From positions 1 through 64,000 of the IMG/VR virus record IMGVR_UViG_3300034782_000062: a DNA stretch of 64,000 nucleotides. One strand, given 5' to 3'. The notes beneath the pieces are model-generated. The model saw only the letters and a program-made list of their open reading frames with translations, did not search any database and had not been told where the DNA came from. Positions within the stretch are counted from its first letter, which is position 1; the number at the start of each line of letters is the position of its first letter. Shown piece by piece: positions 9,094-18,166 of the stretch. The translations under genes and the position numbers were made by a program. This DNA is from a virus.

Positions 9094-10316
9094 AACTTGC
9101 CTCCTAATAGACTTCCGCAAGAATGGAATATCGCAGCTCGGACACTACCACCTGGGTCACCGAGGTCTTTTCCGGCCAACTGTCGATACAAGGCCGTGTG
9201 GATCGCCGCCGTCTTCCGCCACGAGTTCCGCTCGGCCATATTGTGAGCGCCCGCTGACATTGCTCGAAGACGAGCCGGCTGCTTGGCCAGAACGGGCAAC
9301 TGCGTCAAAAGGTCGTTCGGACGGTTGAAAAACTGGACCACTCCTGGAGGTAAGTCCTGGGTCAGCTCTGCCTTCTGCACCAACACCGGCATCCCGTAGG
9401 CGAGGTCCATGCGAACGCTCCCAGACGAGCTATGGAAGCTGTGCTCGCACATGTGAACAGCAATGTCTGCCGCGCCGTAATAGATAGGCAGCTTCTCAAA
9501 GGGGATAAATTCAGGGATGAGCCTGACGTGGTCCTTTATTTTGAGTCGCTCGATGGTGAGCTTGAGCGAGTTGAGCAGGCGACACCCTTCCTCATCGATC
9601 GTCGGCATCCCAGCAATAATGAGAAGGATCTCCTTCGGAGCGATCATTCGCCTCTGGACAATCGCCGCGATGAGGTGAGAGAGCATCACGTGTTTTTTGT
9701 TTCTCGTCATGAAGCCGAGAGACAATAGCGTAAAGCGATTATCCTTGGGCTCGATGCCCAGCTCTTGCTCCGCCTTTTCTCGGGACACCCTTTCTACAGG
9801 GCCGATCATTCCATGAGGGATCACTTGTAGATGCTTGATATTGTTGGCACCGGGGTAACGCACCATGACCGTCCTCGCGAGATGGGAATGCACGATGACG
9901 GCGTCCACCTCGCATATCAGGCGTATGAAGGCGTCTTTGTGGCTCTTCACCCCCGGAGGCACCGTGTGCGCTGTGAGAACCAGTTTGGTCTCGGGGGACC
10001 TGCGCCGAATCTCTATGCAGAGATTGTAGAGTCCTTCGGTGTCCCTGAAAATACCGAATTCATGCTGGATATGGATGACTCTTGGTCGCTGCTCTAATAC
10101 CTCTGAGAGCACCTTGCGAATGGCCCCCTGCTCCGACCAGCTCACAATGGACGGCACATTAGGTATCGCATCTCGACAGACATTTCCCTTCTCGGAATGA
10201 TCAGAGGCAAGCGCGCTCACTTCGAGCTTAGCGTTTGCTACAGCCTGAGCAAGTTGCTCGGTATAGGTCGACACGCCGCAGCAAGAGCCGAAGCGGGACA
10301 GGTAAATAACGTCCAA
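9090..10316 (-). CDS. Glycosyltransferase family 4 (paralog of 7939-9093)
   Basis: CGVSTY, HIQHEFGIF, TAHTV, VIPHG, LGFMTRNK, AYGMPVL. Confidence 0.85.
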   Translation of the reverse strand: MDVIYLSRFGSCCGVSTYTEQLAQAVANAKLEVSALASDHSEKGNVCRDAIPNVPSIVSWSEQGAIRKVLSEVLEQRPRVIHIQHEFGIFRDTEGLYNLCIEIRRRSPETKLVLTAHTVPPGVKSHKDAFIRLICEVDAVIVHSHLARTVMVRYPGANNIKHLQVIPHGMIGPVERVSREKAEQELGIEPKDNRFTLLSLGFMTRNKKHVMLSHLIAAIVQRRMIAPKEILLIIAGMPTIDEEGCRLLNSLKLTIERLKIKDHVRLIPEFIPFEKLPIYYGAADIAVHMCEHSFHSSSGSVRMDLAYGMPVLVQKAELTQDLPPGVVQFFNRPNDLLTQLPVLAKQPARLRAMSAGAHNMAERNSWRKTAAIHTALYRQLAGKDLGDPGGSVRAAIFHSCGSLLGGKF

Positions 10317-10325
10317 CCGCGCCCC

Positions 10326-10727
10326 CTATTCTTCGTCGTCTTCGTAGTAGCCGTCGTCGTCCTGGAAGCTATCGCTGTCCTCCTCGCCGTGCTCCTCTTC
10401 GACCTCGACGCTATGCTGCTTCGGAAAGCCGACCTCCGCAAAGCAGTCCTTACAGGTCACAATACCTGTGCTAGGGTCTCTCTCCAGCCGAGCATGAGGG
10501 CACCTGTCACGCATTTTGATGATGCGCTCACGGAGCTTTGCTGCCTGCTTCGAGGAAGACGCAGCCTTCTGTTCTTCTTTCTCAAGCTCCCGTGAGAGCT
10601 TCCTCATCTGCGCCGCCTTCGACATCTTCCGAGACTGGGGGTTGCTTGACTTTCGGGTCGTGGAACGGCGACCCTGAGAGCCCCGTCGTGACCCGCCCCG
10701 CACTACTCTGCCACTCTTCTTCGGCAT
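10326..10727 (-). CDS. Hypothetical protein: basic N-terminus, Zn-ribbon-like CPH...CKDC, acidic tail
   Basis: AAGGAG SD upstream of ATG 10727; overlaps the 3' end of the TSCPD gene. Confidence 0.5.
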   Translation of the reverse strand: MPKKSGRVVRGGSRRGSQGRRSTTRKSSNPQSRKMSKAAQMRKLSRELEKEEQKAASSSKQAAKLRERIIKMRDRCPHARLERDPSTGIVTCKDCFAEVGFPKQHSVEVEEEHGEEDSDSFQDDDGYYEDDEE

Positions 10728-11229
10728 TCCCTTCTCCTTCTTCAGGCTTGCTTCGATCCGCGATACCAAGCTCGCCGCAAGTCTTTGAATCGAGGTACCT
10801 CAGCGCTAGTTTTTTGAACATCAGATCAAAAAACGAAGTCGCCATCGGGACAGCTCTGTCACTCGTCATCCCCGATGGCTCGAACCGGATGTTCATGAAC
10901 TTTTCTATTATCTTCTCCAGGGGTACACCATACTGGAGAGCAATGGAGAGCAACAGAGCAAAACCATCGAGCACACCCTGAATGAACGATCCTTCCTTGT
11001 CTGGAGAGATGAACACTTCGCCCAGCTCACCATCCTGGTACTCACCCGTCCTGATGTATGCCTTGATGTAGACGCCCTCCGCTGGCATCGACGTTTCACC
11101 GAGCTGAACGCCGTTCAAGTCCCCAATCTTGACCTTCCAGGTGACCCCTTGTCTTTCGTTAGGCAGGCTCTCCCTTTTCAGGTGTGGTTTCGTGCACTGC
11201 CCCACTTCTTCTCTTTCCTTCTCCATCAC
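10582..11229 (-). CDS. Stand-alone TSCPD-like domain (C-terminal domain of class II ribonucleotide reductase NrdJ)
   Basis: GEVFI..DKEGS...SIALQYGVPLEKIIEKF...RFEPSG...ATSFFDLMFKKL matches the NrdJ C-terminal domain pattern. No catalytic RNR domain is present. Confidence 0.75.
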   Translation of the reverse strand: MMEKEREEVGQCTKPHLKRESLPNERQGVTWKVKIGDLNGVQLGETSMPAEGVYIKAYIRTGEYQDGELGEVFISPDKEGSFIQGVLDGFALLLSIALQYGVPLEKIIEKFMNIRFEPSGMTSDRAVPMATSFFDLMFKKLALRYLDSKTCGELGIADRSKPEEGEGNAEEEWQSSAGRVTTGLSGSPFHDPKVKQPPVSEDVEGGADEEALTGA

Positions 11230-12203
11230 GCCGCCCCCGTATCAACAACCCACCGTGGCGCCTTCAGCCGCGTCTCGACGATCATCGAATCATCGTGACC
11301 TGACCACAGGACAAGCTCCTTACCTTCAAGCCAGGCCATCTGCGTGTAGATAACACCCGGCACGTCCCCCTCTGGGAGTTCCGACGCCGGCTCTGCGATT
11401 ATTTCTGGAGGCCCATCAGGAGCACCCTGCGGCGACAGCCGCTGAAGCGCAGTCACGTAGTACTTTCCTGTCTCGTCACCTCGCCCAAAATGAATGACGG
11501 CAGCCCGGGGATGAATGATCGTCCCAAACCCCACGTGGCCGAAAGAGCCTCGCTCGCCCCTCAACCATGAAGGCACAGTGATTTTGGCAAGAAAACGATC
11601 TTCCCACCACATCCTCGACGTTTTGAGAGTAAAGCCCCGGAGAGCGCTCTTGATATCCTTGACCTTGTACAGTCGCACCTCTTTTTCGAGATCGGGCCGG
11701 CTTACGACAATCGCGGTGTCGTCGCCTGCCCTGAACAGAAAACCGTTCTTACTCGGGGAGATATCTGGCCGCATCTGCTTGTTGAACTCACTAGGATTAC
11801 CGCGGTGGAGCCCCATGAGCCACGAGCTATAGCCGCTCTTGCTCACATAGGTGTAAGTGAAGCCAATCTCCCCGTGTATGAGGCGGGGATCTTCGTAGGA
11901 GACGCCCCTTTCGAGATCTCCCTTCAAGAGAACGACACCAGTGTCAACGAGAAGCCTGCTCCGCTTGCGTTCGAGGAGCACGATATCAGAGCTAACGGCT
12001 GATGAGGTTGCCATGTCAGCAGAAGCTGGATTTCTTCGGGCTATGACGTACTGCTGACCGCCTCTCTGAACAAAACCCCCTGGATTGGTGTACTTATGCT
12101 TTCCCTCGACATGAACCAATTGGTGTTTGTAAAGTGTCATCTTGCTTTTGTGCTTGTTGTGAATCGTCCATAGGACGGATGGAACGGCATCCATGCTGAC
12201 CAT
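11226..12203 (-). CDS. GH130/DUF377-like five-bladed beta-propeller glycosidase or phosphorylase
   Basis: TNPGGF, YEDPRL, KNGFLF, PGVIY...WSGHDD. Confidence 0.65.
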   Translation of the reverse strand: MVSMDAVPSVLWTIHNKHKSKMTLYKHQLVHVEGKHKYTNPGGFVQRGGQQYVIARRNPASADMATSSAVSSDIVLLERKRSRLLVDTGVVLLKGDLERGVSYEDPRLIHGEIGFTYTYVSKSGYSSWLMGLHRGNPSEFNKQMRPDISPSKNGFLFRAGDDTAIVVSRPDLEKEVRLYKVKDIKSALRGFTLKTSRMWWEDRFLAKITVPSWLRGERGSFGHVGFGTIIHPRAAVIHFGRGDETGKYYVTALQRLSPQGAPDGPPEIIAEPASELPEGDVPGVIYTQMAWLEGKELVLWSGHDDSMIVETRLKAPRWVVDTGAA

Positions 12204-12226
12204 CCTCCCTATAACGCATGCGAACG

Positions 12227-12255
12227 ACGTTATAGCATATGCTATGTTACGTCAA
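12227..12255 (-). promoter_or_regulatory. Sigma70-like promoter TTGACG-N17-TAACGT with operator ATAGCATATGCTAT (12232-12245) in the spacer
   Basis: Read directly from the sequence in the intergenic gap upstream of the GH130-like gene; perfect 14-bp palindrome. Confidence 0.75.
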
Positions 12256-12270
12256 GAACGATGTGAAGAA

Positions 12271-12942
12271 TCAGGCGTATGCCTGCGACATGATCGCCTG
12301 GCCGATTACTTCCTGGCCAGTCCTATTGAGGTGCAGCCGATCTGGAGCAGCAAGGTCGGAGCGAAGATCGTCGTTGAAATCGCGAACCGCTGAGTGAGTA
12401 TCCACGACAACGTCAGCGCCCCAGCTTCGACCATCACGAAGAATGATAGCGTTCCCCTGGGCAACAAAGGACTTGTTCGCGTAGTAGGGCGTCATGGTGA
12501 CGAGAACCACCTTGAGCCCCGCTGCCTTCGCCTCCTGAACCATCGCTCGGAGGTTACCGATGATGTAGTCGAGCGCATTCGGTCGGCCGGCGTCATTTAG
12601 CCCACCCTCGATGATGACCTCATCGAAACCCTGTCCGATGACTCGGGTCTGTAGATCATTACGGATCGCCGCCGTACCCTGCCCTACAATGCCAAAGTTA
12701 GTGAAGGATCGCCCTGGAATGTTCTGATCGAGGTAGCGAACAAAACCGTACTGATGGGCGACGATGGAATCTCCGATGACGGCGGTTCGACCTGGGCCAG
12801 GATTGCGTCGGGGGAGGCGGACCCCACCCTGTGCCATTCTCCAGAAGACATACCCGATGACTCCGGCACCGGCAAGAGCCGCGATTCCGATGGGAGACAT
12901 CACGACCTTGGGCACCTGAGCGAGGGTTCTTTTCAACGACAC
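12271..12942 (-). CDS. SGNH/GDSL hydrolase with N-terminal TM anchor and RRNP linker
   Basis: AVIGDSI (block I), GQGT (II), GGLND (III), DRLHLN (V). Confidence 0.85.
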   Translation of the reverse strand: MSLKRTLAQVPKVVMSPIGIAALAGAGVIGYVFWRMAQGGVRLPRRNPGPGRTAVIGDSIVAHQYGFVRYLDQNIPGRSFTNFGIVGQGTAAIRNDLQTRVIGQGFDEVIIEGGLNDAGRPNALDYIIGNLRAMVQEAKAAGLKVVLVTMTPYYANKSFVAQGNAIILRDGRSWGADVVVDTHSAVRDFNDDLRSDLAAPDRLHLNRTGQEVIGQAIMSQAYA

Positions 12943-12945
12943 GTC

Positions 12946-13350
12946 TCAGCCTCCCACTGCTTCAGCATTCTCCTTCGGCTCATAGCTGTATGCAAGGAAT
13001 TTGCGTCTGAGATCGCGTGATTGCACGCGGAGCGGATGCACCTTTTTTGCTGCCTTATTGATACGGCACGACAGGCGCCACAGTAGCTGACGCACCTGAG
13101 CCAGCTCTTTCTCGAACGTCGTTTTCTTTTTCTTGGTGATGAGCCCTTCGTCGTCGGCTTCCTGTATGGCTTTCTCCGACTCCTCGATCGCGTCTACTGC
13201 ACGTTTGTTACGATGAATGGCGCTTTCGAGGGTATCCGGCTCATCAATGAGGCTGGTTGCAGTCTGGATATGAAGACGCGCGTCATCGATAGCTTGCTGA
13301 ATGAGCGCGTAAACAATCGTTCGATCTGATCGACTCACCTTATTAGCCAT
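12946..13350 (-). CDS. Hypothetical helical protein
   Basis: Packed ORF in the operon, 134 aa. Confidence 0.6.
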   Translation of the reverse strand: MANKVSRSDRTIVYALIQQAIDDARLHIQTATSLIDEPDTLESAIHRNKRAVDAIEESEKAIQEADDEGLITKKKKTTFEKELAQVRQLLWRLSCRINKAAKKVHPLRVQSRDLRRKFLAYSYEPKENAEAVGG

Positions 13351-13353
13351 CGT

Positions 13354-13650
13354 CTACCCCCATTCCGGCCGTGGTGTTAGCACGCCCGTCAGTGGGTTGA
13401 CCGAGAACCATTGAAACAGTTTTTCTCGTGGGTCTTCGGCACGCTCTAAAGCATGCACTGTCCGCACTCGAAAAACAACATCGCCTTCGAGAAGCTCCTT
13501 GACGCCTGGCAGCTCTTCGTCCTCCTTCTTGAGGACTCCCTTCTCGCAGAGCCACTTCTCTTCCTGGCCCTCCACGCACCCGAGAAGGTGACCAAAATCA
13601 CCATCCCAGAACCAAACCTCGTCGAGCACTGCGTCCGATATTTCACTCAC
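13354..13650 (-). CDS. Hypothetical protein
   Basis: Packed ORF with GGAAGG SD, 98 aa. Confidence 0.6.
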   Translation of the reverse strand: MSEISDAVLDEVWFWDGDFGHLLGCVEGQEEKWLCEKGVLKKEDEELPGVKELLEGDVVFRVRTVHALERAEDPREKLFQWFSVNPLTGVLTPRPEWG

Positions 13651-13687
13651 GGGATGACCCCTTCCAGCGCCCTCTTCCCCAATCGTT

Positions 13688-13700
13688 CATCCTCAGGATG
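13688..13700. repeat. Palindromic motif (CATCCTCAGGATG)
   Basis: Perfect match, intergenic. Confidence 0.8.
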
Positions 13701-13835
13701 GACAATCAATGTCGTAAGTCGTGAATACCATTCAAGAATGAACGAGTAACGCGCAAACTTCAAGAACTATATTTTGTCAAGAAGAAACTCGCGCTCTACG
13801 AGCACGGAATGGCTGGGATTTTCAGGGCGTATCGC

Positions 13836-14825
13836 TCAGAGACTCAAGGCGAAGTCATCGTCATGGTCTCTTGGCCAAAGCTCGTCACAGTCATCCCTGA
13901 CAGCGCAAAGAAAGCGACGTGCATTGACTGGCCCCCTGTGATGGCGTGCTTCCTCCGGTGTGGGCATCCGGTTCATTCCGTAGCCCGCCATGAACACATC
14001 GGTGGTGCAGCGGTCATCGTAAAGCTCGATGCACCGACAGCGTATCCATGCCAATGCGTTGGCAGCTCCCCTTGTAGCACACAGGCGATCGAAGGGGCTG
14101 CAGCGCTCCCTGGTCTGATTATTCTTGAACCTCGGCATGAAGCGGCCCTCAATCCACCCGCGCTTTCCGTTGGACTGAGGTAGGAACTGGAACATCCCCC
14201 TCTCACCCCGCCCCCCAAGCTTCTTTCCAAGCTCAATGCGCCTGGCAAGCCTGGACTCTCTGTAGCCCATTGAGAGAAGATGGTAAGGACTCACATGGGG
14301 TACGTTGTTGCTCGCGACGTCCTCGGAGAATCTCTCGTCGATATCATGGCACGATTGCTCCTGTGCCTCGTGTGCTCCTCTGTAGAGATCAATCGCAATG
14401 AGCATCGCCCGCTGAATGCCGCCGTCCCATCCCTTTTCGAATGCAGGCTGCATGTCCAGAGTGGTGTGCAGAAGATCGACGTATTCGTCTGCCAAGAGGA
14501 TAGGATCAACCCCCTTTTCTTGACCAAGCCTGAAGATTTGGAGAGAGACGTCTATAGACTGAGCCTTCGCTCGCTTTGTCATTCTCTCAGACCAAGTGTC
14601 TCTGAAACCGTCAAGGATCTCCTCTCTCACGTCACGAGATGTCACCGGCTCCTCATCGGGTTCTTGGGACTCTTCCTCTTCCGCCTCAGTCAGCGGCTCC
14701 GATTCAACCTCAACCGGCTCCCCGTCCAATTCCTGCGGTGGCTCCGAGCACCGGGTCAAAACCAGCAGCGCCAGGGCTGCTATGACACACGACACCACGA
14801 CTACCCACCTCCGGATCATTTGCAT
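13836..14825 (-). CDS. Lysozyme-like/lytic transglycosylase with N-terminal TM segment
   Basis: Hydrophobic N-terminus; LLSMGYRES (catalytic ES) and GERGMFQF (GLMQ-like motif). Confidence 0.6.
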   Translation of the reverse strand: MQMIRRWVVVVSCVIAALALLVLTRCSEPPQELDGEPVEVESEPLTEAEEEESQEPDEEPVTSRDVREEILDGFRDTWSERMTKRAKAQSIDVSLQIFRLGQEKGVDPILLADEYVDLLHTTLDMQPAFEKGWDGGIQRAMLIAIDLYRGAHEAQEQSCHDIDERFSEDVASNNVPHVSPYHLLSMGYRESRLARRIELGKKLGGRGERGMFQFLPQSNGKRGWIEGRFMPRFKNNQTRERCSPFDRLCATRGAANALAWIRCRCIELYDDRCTTDVFMAGYGMNRMPTPEEARHHRGPVNARRFLCAVRDDCDELWPRDHDDDFALSL

Positions 14826-14966
14826 GACCCACCTCCTTTACAAAGTCGGCCGACACAAATATGCGCCGGCCGGCCATCCGTCAAGCACGGAATAATACCA
14901 CACAGGCCAGGTTGTTCGGATTTTTTGAAAAAACACCGCTGGATTCGATGGGAATTCTTGACCCTA

Positions 14967-15422
14967 TCACCTTGTTTTTACAACAGATCTCATCTTTGAC
15001 TCTATCCGATTTATCAACTTCTCACCAGCAGGTAGTATTTTTTTCAGCTCAAAGGAGATCACCCATACAGGGTGATACTGATTGTTCTCGAATTTTAGAG
15101 CCCGATTAAACCAGACACGATTCCAGTAGGCGATAAAAACATCGAGCGATGCAAAACCCTCTCGAACCGCCTCTGTGTCGTTCATATCGCCCAATGGCTC
15201 CAGCTCGACAGAGCTGACCAGCACCTCAACAAGAGGCTGCGCATTCGGATCCCCGTCCCTACCAAAGGGCGCACGCGTATAGACACGGTGCAGCTTCCCC
15301 GCGGTGATCTTAGGGTGCGTAACCTCGTCGCTGTCCTTTTTGTACCGGGCTGGAAACCGATGAGTCGTCTTCTTTTTGAGAGCGATAAGCCGAACCAGCC
15401 GAGGATCAGCTACATGTATCAC
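14967..15422 (-). CDS. ASCH (PUA-like) domain protein
   Basis: KKKTTHR, VELEPLGDMNDTEAVREGF, VWVISF. GTG start at 15422 overlaps the upstream TGA. Confidence 0.65.
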   Translation of the reverse strand: MIHVADPRLVRLIALKKKTTHRFPARYKKDSDEVTHPKITAGKLHRVYTRAPFGRDGDPNAQPLVEVLVSSVELEPLGDMNDTEAVREGFASLDVFIAYWNRVWFNRALKFENNQYHPVWVISFELKKILPAGEKLINRIESKMRSVVKTR

Positions 15423-15607
15423 TGGGCAGCAAGCTGTTGCAGCTTCTCCAGCGCTAATCCAGAGGGGTTGAAGCCCCCCTTCTCCCACCTGATGACGGTG
15501 ACGACATGAACGCCTACCTCGGCAGCGAACTGTTTCTGAGTAAGACCAAGACGCTTTCGCAGCGACTTAATTTCGTCAGGTGTCCATTCTCTTCCGTTAC
15601 CACTCAT
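15419..15607 (-). CDS. XRE/Cro-family helix-turn-helix regulator
   Basis: IKSLRKRLGLTQKQFAAEVGVHVVTVIRWEKG. Confidence 0.9.
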   Translation of the reverse strand: MSGNGREWTPDEIKSLRKRLGLTQKQFAAEVGVHVVTVIRWEKGGFNPSGLALEKLQQLAAQ

Positions 15608-16020
15608 TGGAGCGTGCCTCCGGTGCTTCCCCCGCGGTTTCCTTGGCCAGGCGTCCAGATGGCCGACCCCTGATCGTCGTCGCCCTCCTCCTTGTGCGCG
15701 TTCATCGCCGCCTGCTCTTGTCTTATCTTCTCTGTGGCCTCTGCCACCGTCTCCACGGCGATTAGCGGATACCAGAAGTCTTCGATGGTGAAGACGACGA
15801 CCGTCTCCGGGATGACGACGACTTGGCCAGCGTGATTATGAGTAGCTGTCCTCGGCGTCCTGATGATCCAAGTGCCGGGGATGCCTCCCATATCTTCTTC
15901 GGGACGTTGCAGGATGCCTGTGTGGACGACGTCGGTTCCATTCCGCTGGAGATGCACCGATATCTCTCGGCCGATGTACCGTTCCAGCAGTCGCTCTTTC
16001 AAGTCTGCGCTATCGCACAT
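15604..16020 (-). CDS. Hypothetical protein (Sm-like beta pattern possible)
   Basis: First gene after the operator-containing promoter at 16041-16069. Confidence 0.6.
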   Translation of the reverse strand: MCDSADLKERLLERYIGREISVHLQRNGTDVVHTGILQRPEEDMGGIPGTWIIRTPRTATHNHAGQVVVIPETVVVFTIEDFWYPLIAVETVAEATEKIRQEQAAMNAHKEEGDDDQGSAIWTPGQGNRGGSTGGTLQ

Positions 16021-16040
16021 GCTACACCCATTTCGCTTGG

Positions 16041-16069
16041 ATGGTATAGCACATGCTATGTCATGTCAA
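16041..16069 (-). promoter_or_regulatory. Sigma70-like promoter TTGACA-N17-TACCAT with operator ATAGCA-N2-TGCTAT (16046-16059)
   Basis: Same operator in the same spacer position as at 12232; drives the operon containing the XRE gene. Confidence 0.8.
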
Positions 16070-16075
16070 GAAAGT

Positions 16076-16981
16076 CTAATCTTCTTCATCTTCAGGATGG
16101 AAAGTAATGCCGGCTGGAATCTTTCCTTCTCTCATCAGATTCATGGTTTCAGCCATCTTTTTGGCCCGTTTCATGGAGAAGTCTTCACGGGGCTTCAGGG
16201 CGTCTACAGGACGGTCATAGGCAGCGTCGTGGCTGAAGGGTTCAACGTAGGAGTGCTCTTCAAAGCCGTCCAAAAACTGAAGAAACGGCTGATCGAGCCA
16301 CGGAGGCGTCCAGGCAGATGACCGACAAACGAAAAGAGCTTCGACATTCAGATACTCATCTGGCTCGATGACGGTGTTGCTCACCTGACCGTTGTCCCAG
16401 AACCAGCCAAGCTCGATTCGATCAGAAACACTCTTTGGAACATGTTCACGAATGTGCCTCCACTGAGCTTCAAGGTCGCTCTCCTCTTTCATCCAGTTCG
16501 GGTAGACGACACGAGACTCAAGCTCAGGCATCCACATCATCAAAGCACCGAGCCACATGTCGCAGGTGCACTCCCCTTTTTCGATCATCATCTCGATGCG
16601 CTCCCACTCGCAGTACCCAAGATCGTGGTGAGCGTCGAAGTTGACAAGCACATCAGCGGGACCGCCAAGACGATCGGCCACCTCACTAAACACCGGACCA
16701 GCCGCTGCATGGGAGTCTGCAACGACGAAAAAGTCCAGGTCATCAAAGCCATAGCCTGCCTCGGCAAGAACGTTCCAGAAATCCTGAGGACGAGGCCTTG
16801 ACCACTTCTGTGGGTCCATTTCTCCGACGAGATCGTAGCCCTGCATCAGAAAGGGCGAGAGCCTGGTTTCCCACATGAAGCCGCCCATAAAAAAAGGCGC
16901 CTCCTTGTGCGACCAATCCCACATTCCAAGGCTTCTTACGAAGAAGTCCCAATCGACCGACAGCCAGGTGCGCTTGTCCAT
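16076..16981 (-). CDS. UPF0489/arginase-deacetylase-fold metallo-protein
   Basis: LSVDWDFF, DSHA, NFDAHHDL, CRSSAWTPP. Confidence 0.6.
   Translation of the reverse strand: MDKRTWLSVDWDFFVRSLGMWDWSHKEAPFFMGGFMWETRLSPFLMQGYDLVGEMDPQKWSRPRPQDFWNVLAEAGYGFDDLDFFVVADSHAAAGPVFSEVADRLGGPADVLVNFDAHHDLGYCEWERIEMMIEKGECTCDMWLGALMMWMPELESRVVYPNWMKEESDLEAQWRHIREHVPKSVSDRIELGWFWDNGQVSNTVIEPDEYLNVEALFVCRSSAWTPPWLDQPFLQFLDGFEEHSYVEPFSHDAAYDRPVDALKPREDFSMKRAKKMAETMNLMREGKIPAGITFHPEDEED
16087..16099. repeat. Palindromic motif (CATCTTCAGGATG)
   Basis: Perfect match, 17 bp upstream of the 16064-16069 -35 box. Confidence 0.8.
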
Positions 16982-16983
16982 TG

Positions 16984-17658
16984 CTAACTCACCACAAAAT
17001 TCACGGTGATTGCGCTGTGTCCCACGGTCACATTACGACTGGACTCTCCTCCTGATGTCGGTCTGAAAACCATCCTGTAGTCGCCCCTCGGAAGATCGTA
17101 GACCGTATATCTACCACTGACGGCGTTGGTATATCCCATCCTGCGACCCCCCTGATAGACATCGATCCTTCCAGGAGCAGGTGTTCCACGCGTCGTCGTC
17201 GCTGTTCCCTGTATGACCATGCGACTTCCGCTGGTCAAATCAGGTGCATCAGAAAGCGGCACCATTGTCATGACTGTAGGTGTCCATCCGCCCTCCGTGG
17301 CGGCACCCGTATCACTAGAAACAAAGTTTACGGTAATGGGGCTGAGCCCGACGGTGACGTTGCGAGGCGTCGAATCGACGCCGGTCGCCTCAGGCACGAG
17401 CTGGTAAGAGCCCGGACCAAGATCGTAGATGGTGTAGCGCCCACTGATAATTGTAACGAACGCGATTCTCCTTCCAGCGCTCAGGACGTAAATCCTGCCC
17501 GTGACCGGCGTTCCCCTTATCGTCGTCACGGTACCCTGAATGTCCAGGTGACGACCCTCGCTGCGGTTGGGGATACCGGCGCCTGTTCTCAGACGACGCT
17601 TTCCCCTTCTGAAACGATCAAAAAGCCCTGCAAAGCCAGGAGAGTATTCGTAGCTCAT
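16984..17658 (-). CDS. MSYEY-leader protein with two carboxypeptidase-regulatory-like (beta-sandwich) repeats
   Basis: Two copies of IQGT.TT.RGTP..GRI.V..GRR......SGRYT.YDL..G.Y......NVTVG...ITVNFVS. Confidence 0.7.
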   Translation of the reverse strand: MSYEYSPGFAGLFDRFRRGKRRLRTGAGIPNRSEGRHLDIQGTVTTIRGTPVTGRIYVLSAGRRIAFVTIISGRYTIYDLGPGSYQLVPEATGVDSTPRNVTVGLSPITVNFVSSDTGAATEGGWTPTVMTMVPLSDAPDLTSGSRMVIQGTATTTRGTPAPGRIDVYQGGRRMGYTNAVSGRYTVYDLPRGDYRMVFRPTSGGESSRNVTVGHSAITVNFVVS

Positions 17659-17665
17659 GACAACC

Positions 17666-18166
17666 TCACATCACCGAAACAAGCGCTACCACCCCGCCAG
17701 CGACGAGTATCACGCTCGTGAGTATCCCCATCCCATAGGCAAAGCCCCACCGTCTATACCAAGGCGTCGGCCTCGCCAGCTCCTCGGCCTGCTCACGCAC
17801 CCGCTCTTCGAGGAGGTTGATCTGAAAGTCGCGCCGCTCTTCTTCCAGCTCACGGCGCCTGGTCTCGAAATGAATCTGAGCACGACACAAACGCTGCTCC
17901 CGCTCGACATCGAGACGCAGCCTGGTCTGAAGCGTCTCGATGCGAAAGCCCATCTGGATCGCCAGCTCGATTGGAAAGAGTATTCCGTCGAAGGGAGCTT
18001 CTTCGCCTGCAGAGATCGATATCGCCCCATCCAGGGACGTCTCGTCAGACTCACCCGACTCCGCGTCTTCGCACCACGCCTGAGAGCCCCACAGGAGGAG
18101 GACCAGCAGCGTCGCCACCGCCAGGATACCTCGAAGCGTCTTCGTATCCGTACTGCACCGCATCAT
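17666..18166 (-). CDS. Signal-peptide, coiled-coil, C-terminal TM protein (possibly lysis accessory/spanin-like)
   Basis: Hydrophobic N-terminus, APFDGILF, coiled coil, terminal TM. No lipobox seen. Confidence 0.5.
   Translation of the reverse strand: MMRCSTDTKTLRGILAVATLLVLLLWGSQAWCEDAESGESDETSLDGAISISAGEEAPFDGILFPIELAIQMGFRIETLQTRLRLDVEREQRLCRAQIHFETRRRELEEERRDFQINLLEERVREQAEELARPTPWYRRWGFAYGMGILTSVILVAGGVVALVSVM

Noticed and set aside
13752-13780. TTGACA at 13775-13780 as a promoter
   Set aside because: No acceptable -10 at 16-18 bp spacing.
14921-14933. T6-G-A6 inverted run as a terminator or origin
   Set aside because: AT-only stem with no supporting structure or iterons.
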